A DNA stretch of 60,193 nt, counting the filler, from Sphacelaria rigidula (Eukaryota): assembly GCA_964200075.2 (NCBI GenBank). It is 3 parts of 3 records of this genome, joined end to end, with 100 filler letters (N's around TTAATTAATTAA, not from the genome) between each part and the next. Parts side by side here need not be neighbours in the genome. Positions count along the whole stretch, not along the records: positions 40,217 to 60,193 come from CAXNAA020000582.1; 2 more parts are not named here. One strand, given 5' to 3'. The position numbers and the translations under genes are program-made. Below are positions 52,801 to 60,193 of the stretch, piece after piece (within the stretch, counting starts at the first letter, position 1; the number at the start of each line of letters is the position of its first letter). Below the pieces are notes generated by a model. The model was not told where the DNA came from and searched no databases. It was given only the letters and a program-made list of their open reading frames with translations.

Positions 52801-55800
52801 TGTACAATGTCGCGTACCCGTCGTTGGTTACCGTGAAGTCGTACCTGTCAGTTTCGTTCGGGACGGACAGGTATTACCCGCAGAGTGTCAGTGAACGTGA
52901 CTATTCTGAAGGTCAACTGCGTCGCCAAGGCAGGGAACCATACCAACTGCACAACACATATCAACCTCACTGGAGAAGCCCAAGCGAGGCCTGCATCCTA
53001 CTGCATACTGTGTCTGTTCCCAGCGCCACGAGTTGATCACCCTGTCACTTACGTGATAGTCTCTCCGACGCCAGCATATCCATCCGCCGGAGCGTCGTCA
53101 AGGAAGAGGCCTTGCGCAACTTTAGAGGCGAGAAGGCGTGTCGAATCGTGAGCAACCCGCATTGACAATCGAATTGGCGCCAAGAACGTACTTTAGTGAG
53201 ACTAGGAAAGCAGCATACTTAAAATCAAGGTTTGAGCCGAGCTGTGCTGCGACCTCGCGGCGCTGCTCCGCACACCGTTTGTCTTTCAGAAATGTCGCAC
53301 TTCATGGCTGTTGGCTTCCGCATCTCAATGCTTCAATCTATGAAGCTACATCAAAATCGTAGAGCAGGCAGGTGAACCTACACCGAATTCCGGTGAATCC
53401 ATGAGGGTTTCGATACAGCGTATTCATCTCCGGAATATGATTTGATTGAATGTCGCACTTCAGCTGATTCCCCAGAGACCCACCCGTGGTTACATGACGG
53501 ACGCACCGGAGACGAAAACAGAACTAAAACACTCGCCGAAGTAAGGGACATATGTAGAAAATAGGGTAGATATACCCAAATGTTGTGAACTTGAAAAGCT
53601 TTGACTTCCAAATATCCGTGCCGCACGATTTCCACCATGGGAACATGACCAATTCTAGGTACAACACGTATCTTGTCTTCTGTCGAGCCCCACCGAAACA
53701 AATGGACATGCAAAGTAGAGCGAGATATTGGAGGGAGTTTTTCTTGACCAATTTCGTGTAACTTCTACCCGGTGACGATGGTCTACATGTTATGCGGTAA
53801 GGCTTGAAGAGCTGGATTTGTCTGGTCAGTTGATTTTTCGGGGTGATGGGTGGGTAATGAGAGCAACCGCAGCGTATTCCCCTAACGAGACAGTATCCGT
53901 GAAACCCTTTTCTGAGCATTGAAAGTTGGAGCGTGGTGCTCACCTAGGTTGATGGACGGCGGTTTCATCAGTAGCGTGGAGGTAAAGGACGACGCCAGCA
54001 CCTCTTCAGACATAGGGTTGCGTCCTTGAACACTACAGACACAGAAATATAGCAAGCATCGTTGTTCGGGTGGGTGGGGTAATATCTGCATGGTGAATGT
54101 TGCGATAGCACTGATCCTTCGACTGCGAAGCAAAATAAGATATGTTTACCGCACCAACGTTCGCACCTGTTTATCGAGTCAGAAACGGTACTGTTAGAAT
54201 TATTTTATGGGAATAGACCATGGTTCGGTCAGATAATCAACACCTCCTGTGTCATTTCCTAAACCCCTGGCACAGGCGAGAAGGGGGACAGATGTATGTG
54301 TCATATATTTACATACCCCACAGAGTTTGCGGAACTCACATTACAGTACTATTTTTAGCGCCCGCCGTGACATCTGGCCATGTTACGGAGTAGGTTCCGG
54401 TACAGTTGTAAATTTCGTCGACCCTCATGCTTTCTTGCTCGACACACGCAACCGTGATGTCCGTGCTCGTGATCACGACATGCGTCAAATCCACGTTTCC
54501 ACCGTTCGCAACCTGACGGGTGCAATTTAGAAGAAGAGCAGCCACAGGCCTTTCACGAGCAACTTGCATTGCGTCGCACCTATCCATGTCTCCTAGTCTC
54601 TCTGCAGTTTCCACTACGCCCCTTCTGCTATTTTTGGAGTATGTGGTACGTTGCTTCAATGGAAAACTTCAGTCGATCACACAAAACACCAACGCAGCTA
54701 CCGAAGATGTGCGTTGCATTCCAGGGCAATAGAAATAAGGCAATGAGAGTCGTCAGCGATGGATCATGTCTTACCTGGAACGCATAGATAATCGTTTCCT
54801 CTTGGTCGGTGTAGCCACTGAGGTCGGCGTCCTGCCATTCAGCACTTGATTCTGTCGAAGCGGCAAAATTGGTGACAAAGCAGCTTTGTTGCCTCGACTG
54901 AACACCGTACAATTTCATATCTAGATTGCTACAGATAATTGGATACCGCGTCAAAACAGTAGAATACATACTCAACATAAAACAACAAGTGCGAGACAGC
55001 GTCATTGTCGACGAAGCAGAGACTTACTGATGAAGCTGTACGTTTCACCGTCGCGCCGCGGTGTTCTAAGGATCCAACTAACTGGCACAATTTGGGCGGT
55101 AAAGATGCGAGTTCGATTCCCGCCAGATGGATCTAGTTTGGTGTGATGGATCTAGTTTGGTGTTTCGCACAGAAATTTTTGATTTCCCGTCGTGGAGAAC
55201 GCGAAAACGTGAGTAGGAAATTACGGCTCGGCTGCGTTCATTTAGGCGACAATCGACACGGAGCCAGTCTGCTGGTTCAACCGGTGGTACCACAACGGAA
55301 GGCGGTTACCGAGGAAGACATGGTTTCATGCATTCATTGAGACCACGGACGCGTTCCGAGAAAGGTGAGGGGTTAGAAGTGAGAACAGAGTAAAAACAAA
55401 TCGTCTTTGTGCATCGCGCGAGGGTCCAACACTCACGTAGCTCCAATTTTTCCTTGTGTGGAAGGACTACCGTGACCTCGGTGACCTGGAGTAAGTGCTC
55501 TCCATTCACTGCAAGAGCGGTCACATTTGCCTCGCCGGTGAGCATGCCAGCGTTCACGTTGGCTTGAGTAATCTGTAATATATCGTCAACGCATTTGGAA
55601 AGCGTATAGAGGTCAAGCATTGACCACAGGCCCTGGACAAGAGTGGGTTCTTGTTCTCGCGTAATTGTTCCTGATTAATCAGGGATGCAAACAGGATCAT
55701 CAAACCGGTTGGATAGAGGCGCACCTGACGGGAGCCGACGCAGTCGATCGAACTATCTTGTCCCAGAAACCCAAGATCGAGCCCAGTGCAATTGGTGTCG

Positions 55801-58687
55801 CCGCTGAAGCTTTCTACTGTCAGCGCTCCTAGAGTCACGGTGCCTCTGTTTATAACGGTGATGAGATATGACACCAGCTCGCCTGGATCCGCCCAGCCGC
55901 TGTCATTGTCGTCTATCCATCTTCCAGACGTGGCTACGGCGACGAATGTGTAATGGCACGGTCAGATTCGATGGTTCATTGGTTAACGGTTGATGGTCAA
56001 AGACGGGCGTGGAAGGTCCGTAGTGGTTCTTCGTCTTGGTCGGTTTCCGAATGGGGCAATCGTAATATAGTTTTGCGCATAAGCTACTACAATCAACAGC
56101 TGCACTTACGTATCGATGAATAGGGGAAACGCACTCCCCGTCGTCCCATGTTTAAATTGATCACAGCCAAGAACGAGTGTCTTGACACTGAGCAACACTC
56201 AAACCTGACGTCATGGTGAAGGTGTCAAAGCGTTTTTTGAACGGTTGGGTGCCTTTTTACCTCGTTTTTCAATATCACCCGTCGGCAGCCCGCGATAAGG
56301 AGCGAAGTGTAAGCTCGTGAAGGTTTATGAACCTCGCGTTTGCAGTCAAGAGCAAGTAACTTGAAACTCAATGCCCTAGGGCAACGATGTGCCGTGGTAG
56401 CTGTTTTCCGGGAATTTGCCTTGGAAACGGGGGTGAGAACCGAACGTCTGTGCGAAATTCTACATTTAGCTACAGAGAACGATTTATGGCACAGTGAACA
56501 GCTGAAACAGTGTGTGTGTGTGTGTGTACTACAGCTGCGATAGCTAGTAGGTTAACCACACACACAAACGCTCAAAATCTATAAAAGGCATCGTGACTCT
56601 CACCAATTGTGATATTGGCCAGTTGATCCACGGGGTAGGTAAATAGCTCCTCAGCCGAAACAATTTCGCCGGACGGGCTCAATGATGTAACCTACAGGCG
56701 AAAGACGGGACAATCACCAACGAGGTGAAGGCGCATTCTCTGTATTTGACTGGTGGATATTCAACTGATCAGGATCGTGATTCAGAGCACAGAAGTATAT
56801 CAGCAAATTCACGATTGGCGTACCACCACCTTCGGTGAATATGGTAGGTCTTGAATTCAACAAGGGAGCTCAAAAATGAAACATGTTCACGTAAAAGTGT
56901 GACGGTATCGGTTCGTCAACGATTGAGTAGATAAGATAGACGCGCTGACTGGAGGGTGTGGCGAGTGGTCCCTTGTAACGAAGAAGCAGTGCTTTAATTG
57001 AACCTCAGCTGCGATTGTTTCCTTTCTTCTACGATCATATGTAGCTTGTGGAAGGAACGATAACGTTGGTTGTTTCAGCTATAGGGCTAGTGTAGTAGGG
57101 ACAGCGACGGGCAAGAAGCGCGTCAAAATCCCACCCGGAACATTTCCAAGCTCAAAACTACCTACTTCGTTCGTCAGGAGGAAGTACCCACTACACGTTT
57201 AGTCAGCGCTGACTAAGTCGTCAACTAGGGAGACCTTTTCGACAAACAATGTGCAGCCTGCGAACTGACCTTTGCCGTGCCGGAGATTTCGCCCGCGTCA
57301 ACATGTGCGGACGTCAGATTGAGCGTGACCTCACACCCAATCGCAGCACCGTCGGGGTTAACGCTTGGTAAAAAATTGCTTGTTGCGGCTGAGAAGTTGT
57401 TGTTGCAGGCTGTCGATCCTTCGCTGAACATGTCATCGGTTAGCACAACCTTGCTTAGAGCGGTGTTACCGGTGTTCGTCACGACAATGTCAAAAATTGC
57501 CCAGTCGTCCGCATCGCTCAATTCCGTGTCGAGACCGCTGACAGTTGTCATGATCTTCATTGTTTTCTCTACCAGAATGCTCGAGTCGCGTGGAACATCT
57601 GTCGTGTCTTTCGCTTCTGATTCGATCGGAACCGAATTCGGGAAAGGTGACACGGCAGTGATCGTCGCGTTGCTTGCAACCAAGCCCGCGTCAATATCGT
57701 CCTGCGACAAGTATCGTACCGTCCATCGGCGGCGGGGCGGTGGATCGAATTCAGTCGTATATGCTGTTGATGATCTAGGGAAGTGACCGTAATCGACTCT
57801 TTTTCTGGTGAAATGAATCACCAAACACCTCAGGGATACCGGGCGTTGGTTGCGTGCGCGCAAGATACGCGCTAAACGCACCGCTACAACGTTATTCACT
57901 CCACCATAGTATGATTGGTGAAATATAGCCCCACCTGAGTAACAGCATAGCCCATGTCACCTTCGCACCCCACAGCAGCGCCAGGTGCGAGCTGAAGGCC
58001 GTCGAGAAGTGGGGTACACGTGACTTCGACCTGAAAGAAGGGGTGGAGGTGGCAGTCGGTATCCTACTTTGTACGTCTAGTGACCGTTTACTGCGGAAGC
58101 CAATATTCCACAAGCAGCTAGCCACGGCAGCATCCTGTATCGGTACGTGCCGCAACACGTGCTACCTTGCTCGATGCTGTTGCCGTTCGACTGGCTAAGC
58201 TGTGCCCAACGAAGCTCTCGAAGGGCCCATGATCACCTCTGAACGGAGGAAATGTGCCATGTATCGATGATGCTATAAAAGGGACAACTGACCATGCTGT
58301 CCTTGAGCTCTAGCTCCGATAGAGTTGTAGTCCCCGTGTTGTGAATGGTGAAGATATAGGTGATTGTGTCTCCCAAGCTGGCGTAGACAGCCTCTCCATC
58401 GTAGTATCCTTCTTTACCTGGTTTCGGGGATTGAAGAAACTGTTTGTTGGTGTATTCGGTACATTTTCTTCTGCTGTGCGACGGATGGTACATATTACCA
58501 TAAATGGGCTCCAGGTTGCTGATCCATGGGTATGACAAAATGCACACGGACCTAGCGAAAGCCCGTGGGAAGAGATCAGCGTCACCGAGGCCACACTCGT
58601 ATCGCTCACAGATGCGTCCTGGGGGTCTGTAGCGTTGACCTCTGCAGCAATTATTATCACACCATAATCAATCTCGTCCTGAGTAAC
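40724..58687 (-). CDS. Large multi-exon protein of tandem DUF11/DUF7507-like (conserved repeat domain, Ig-like) repeats; partial at both ends
   Basis: 20 GT-AG exons splice in consistent phase into 3136 nt with no stop. The motif [G/D]ETI.Y...V.N.G...L..V...D...C...L..G..I.C...Y.VTQ.DIDAG...N.A.V recurs about 8.5 times. Confidence 0.85.
41183..41276 (-). CDS. Repeat gene exon s: SGYIAAELACDPELPLAELAVGESVICSAAAV
   Basis: TCGCAG acceptor, GTG|GTACGC donor, 94 nt, phase 2-0. Confidence 0.8.
41570..41809 (-). CDS. Repeat gene exon r: RVTGTPPLG...GASAGDLIEYAVKIANAGTTTV...LLDAQAG
   Basis: TGTCAG acceptor, AG|GTTTGT donor, 240 nt, phase 2-2. Confidence 0.8.
42440..44800 (+). mobile_element. Decayed non-LTR retrotransposon (LINE, RTE-like: APE endonuclease and RT N-half), intronic and antisense to the host gene
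   Basis: ATCNVRTL (~42942), VLGLQ...GQHGVGLVV (endonuclease), AILKVSH..KNETECDSDR...LLAHTGQVLLAIVVNRL, and FIDLRKSCDPV...LW (RT, ~44570); heavily disrupted. Confidence 0.8.
45113..45819. repeat. Possible old solo LTR (TGTCACGG...CCGTGAG)
   Basis: TG-start with a degenerate inverted end preceded by AATAAA. Single copy, no convincing TSD. Confidence 0.2.
46282..46411 (-). CDS. Repeat gene exon q: GIYTMECSPAISDPWLVGAKVSCFPEYTITQGDIDAGHVKNTV
   Basis: CTCCAG acceptor, AG|GTGCGG donor, 130 nt, phase 1-2. Confidence 0.85.
48836..49004 (-). CDS. Repeat gene exon p: HPEISVFKTASHIP...AIQYEIMIENAGNVDF...TDEMFKNTD
   Basis: TCTCAG acceptor, G|GTAGGT donor, 169 nt, phase 0-1. Confidence 0.85.
49711..49827 (-). 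CDS. Repeat gene exon o: INAAVKKSTPGVEAWHASSDG...TLHLVQ
   Basis: GCGCAG acceptor, CAG|GTGAGA donor, 117 nt, phase 0-0. Confidence 0.7.
50636..50950 (-). CDS. Repeat gene exon n: VGSIRLDLTRAY...VNYTYTIVNKGLLTL...LAPGTWMTCNGTDAVFQDE
   Basis: GGTCAG acceptor, GAG|GTGGAG donor, 315 nt, phase 0-0. Confidence 0.85.
51250..51497. mobile_element. MITE family A, copy 3 (248 bp), intronic
   Basis: GACACTTTCGACGATAGCCCCCCC ... GGGGGGCTATCGTAGAAAGTGTC; TSD GCAC. Confidence 0.9.
52274..52506 (-). CDS. Repeat gene exon m: VGGLSTIECNTELE...TITCNGAYLLVVSDVE...TTTVVLKQ
   Basis: ACGCAG acceptor, CAG|GTCGGT donor, 233 nt, phase 1-0. Confidence 0.75.
52768..52844 (-). CDS. Repeat gene exon l: TYDFTVTNDGYATLYNVSISNSVLVS
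   Basis: TGACAG acceptor, G|GTGCGA donor, 77 nt, phase 2-1. Confidence 0.8.
53053..53119 (-). CDS. Repeat gene exon k: VAQGLFLDDAPADGYAGVGETI
   Basis: CTAAAG acceptor, GTAAGT donor, 67 nt, phase 1-2. Confidence 0.75.
53944..54032 (-). CDS. Repeat gene exon j: IVQGRNPMSEEVLASSFTSTLLMKPPSINL
   Basis: CTGTAG acceptor, G|GTGAGC donor, 89 nt, phase 2-1. Confidence 0.75.
54340..54512 (-). CDS. Repeat gene exon i: VANGGNVDLTHVVITS...CTGTYSVTWPDVTAGAKNSTV
   Basis: CGTCAG acceptor, GTGAGT donor, 173 nt, phase 0-2. Confidence 0.8.
54775..54851 (-). CDS. Repeat gene exon h: QSSAEWQDADLSGYTDQEETIIYAFQ
   Basis: CGACAG acceptor, CAG|GTAAGA donor, 77 nt, phase 1-0. Confidence 0.8.
55437..55572 (-). CDS. 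Repeat gene exon g: ITQANVNAGMLTGEANVTA...KEKLEL
   Basis: TTACAG acceptor, C|GTGAGT donor, 136 nt, phase 0-1. Confidence 0.8.
55725..55933 (-). CDS. Repeat gene exon f: ATSGRWIDDNDSGWADPGELVSYLITVINRGTVTL...DCVGSRQ
   Basis: CCGTAG acceptor, CAG|GTGCGC donor, 209 nt, phase 1-0. Confidence 0.85.
56511..56527. repeat. (TG)n microsatellite
   Basis: TGTGTGTGTGTGTGTGT. Confidence 0.8.
56604..56691 (-). CDS. Repeat gene exon e: VTSLSPSGEIVSAEELFTYPVDQLANITI
   Basis: CTGTAG acceptor, G|GTGAGA donor, 88 nt, phase 0-1. Confidence 0.75.
57270..57701 (-). CDS. Repeat gene exon d: DDIDAGLVASNATITA...VTNTGNTAL...HVDAGEISGTAK
   Basis: TCGCAG acceptor, AAG|GTCAGT donor, 432 nt, phase 0-0. Confidence 0.85.
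57935..58030 (-). CDS. Repeat gene exon c: VEVTCTPLLDGLQLAPGAAVGCEGDMGYAVTQ
   Basis: TTTCAG acceptor, CAG|GTGGGG donor, 96 nt, phase 0-0. Confidence 0.75.
58293..58417 (-). CDS. Repeat gene exon b: GKEGYYDGEAVYASLGDTITYIFTIHNTGTTTL...DSM
   Basis: ACCAG acceptor, GTCAGT donor, 125 nt, phase 1-0. Confidence 0.85.
58552..58687 (-). CDS. Repeat gene exon a: VTQDEIDYGVIIIAAEVNATDPQ...SHGLSL
   Basis: GCGCAG acceptor, G|GTCCG donor, 136 nt, phase 0-1. Confidence 0.8.
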
Positions 58688-58715
58688 CTGCGCAACGAAA
58701 CACAGGCGAGTTGGA

Positions 58716-59054
58716 GATAGCTGTCGACAGGATATGAAAACAGTCTTGACGAGTGGCCACTCCGACTTCATGAATACCGGTAGAAATTGATAACCTGCAA
58801 AGTATAGTAGGGGCGGGGGGGAAACTGCGAGTGCGTGAGCACAAGTGAAATCAGCCTTCAGAGTGGCGATAGCTGTCGACAGGATATGAAAACAGCTCTG
58901 ACGAGCAGCCGCTCCGAAATCATGAATTCTATTTTTATTATTATTTCCGCACCTTAGTCATGAATGTCGGTGGAAATTGATGAACTACAAAGTATAGTAG
59001 GGGTGGGGGGCGAATTGCGAGTGCATAAACACAAGTGAAATCAGCCTCCATAGT
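58716..59054. repeat. Intronic tandem duplication (~150-bp unit, 2 diverged copies)
   Basis: GATAGCTGTCGACAGGATATGAAAACAG at 58716 and 58868; both copies end with CACAAGTGAAATCAGCCT.CA.AGT. Confidence 0.85.
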
Positions 59055-59367
59055 CAAGACTGAAGAGGCCAACTAAAGCGCAGTGTTCCTACAGCCAAGA
59101 GCTGCTACATACACCAGGCATTCTAACAACCTAAAACCTCATTGGTCTGACATCACAGGTGTTGTAAGGCGGCATCGAGGCAGTAGGAAGAGTTACATTC
59201 GATGTAAGTCGGTACGTACAGCGTACTTCGGTGCATCGAAAGGTCGGTCGAAACGACACAAGTCGACAGTCCTGGCGAGTTTCATACCGGTGAAAGCTGT
59301 TGATACGCTAGCAATCTCAGCTATGTCCCCATGCCTTGATTGTCAATATAGCTAGTACTACAAAGCC

Positions 59368-59724
59368 GGTCGCGCCCGTGGCTCAGTTGGTAACCTCGAA
59401 ACCTTCTGACGGTGGGGTCGTGGGTTCGAATCTCGGAGCGATCGGGGATAAGTTTTCACACAACGCCCAACAGTGAAGAGCGACCACGTCGTGAGTACAC
59501 AAAATTCGACTCAATGGTCGACAAGGGAAAGGGACTTTTGAACCCCCATCGTATTGAAACGTAAAGGCAAGCACCGCAGAAGGATGGGGGAGAATTAAAA
59601 ACAACACAAGAAAAAACGCCCTGAGTAGGCCTCCCTCCTTTGTGACCCCGGCTGGTGCGGCCACATACACTGACAAGTGTAGACCGGCGTCCAGAATAGA
59701 TGGGACGACAACACACACACACAC
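59368..59724 (+). mobile_element. Near full-length tRNA-derived SINE with (CA)n tail
   Basis: A-box GTGGCTCAGTTGG (59378), B-box GGTTCGAATC (~59423), ~270-nt body and an ACACACAC tail. The head does not fold into a clean tRNA cloverleaf. Confidence 0.8.
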
Positions 59725-60051
59725 GAGCCCGTTTGGAGGCAGCACGTGTCGTACACCGCGTTGCATCCATAACCAGCTCCCCTTTCGCTGTGCGTTGTTG
59801 GTAGAATATGAAAGGACTGTACATAGACACAGCTCGGCAACCACAATGATTGTGTTGCGAGACTAGGTGTAACAAAAAAGCAGCACTGTCAGGCAACGCT
59901 TCTCTCCTAGCGACTACCGCTTGATTCTCGGTGCTGGTAATGGTGCTGGTAATGGGGGGGATATGCTGAAACTATCGATTATTTCCTGGTTCTTGTCCTT
60001 TATTATCTTCTCTCTTCCTTTCTTTCGGTGTACACTTCTGACAGATCTGGC

Positions 60052-60091
60052 GTTTGTTTGTTTGTTTGTTTGTTTGTTTGTTTGTTTGTTT
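60052..60091. repeat. (GTTT)n microsatellite
   Basis: About 10 perfect GTTT units. Confidence 0.9.
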
Positions 60092-60193
60092 TATCTTTCT
60101 TTCTTTCCTCTCTCCGTTGAACTCGGGGGAGCTACTTCTCACCGGTTTTCGTGGCGTCGCTTTTCTTATTTTTTTTCTTTATTTTGGTAATGT

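Noticed and set aside
59368..59440. Functional tRNA gene
   Set aside because: A and B boxes are present but no good acceptor or anticodon stems, and it continues into a SINE body and CA tail.
40217..60193. Bacterial contamination as the source of the DUF11-like repeats
   Set aside because: The coding sequence is split by 19 phase-consistent GT-AG introns, and the introns contain the same MITE and SINE families as the middle piece.

Overview
Eukaryotic, repeat-rich genomic DNA. The gene style and the SINE/LINE/Gypsy families suggest a brown alga or another stramenopile; this is an inference. The window is three ~20-kb pieces (1-20011, 20112-40116, 40217-60193) joined by artificial N44-TTAATTAATTAA-N44 linkers, so adjacency across the linkers is not reliable. 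Piece 1 has the first coding exon of a MOB1-family gene (minus strand) facing away from a complete 3-exon Nova/BTR1-like triple-KH gene (plus strand, 882 aa by my splicing), which has a ~480-bp foldback in intron 2. Piece 2 is mostly decayed transposons: a chromodomain Ty3/Gypsy, a second Gypsy integrase relic, two LTR-like repeats and nested MITEs. Piece 3 has 20 hand-spliced minus-strand exons (3136 nt, ~1045 codons, open throughout, incomplete at both ends). They encode about 8.5 tandem bacterial-type DUF11/DUF7507-like Ig-fold repeats, with introns recurring at equivalent positions in different repeats. The introns carry an RTE-like LINE relic, a MITE and a tRNA-derived SINE. The most interesting signals are this intron-rich bacterial-adhesin-like repeat gene and two MITE families with clean 4-bp target-site duplications. 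No CRISPR array, rRNA or intact tRNA was seen.
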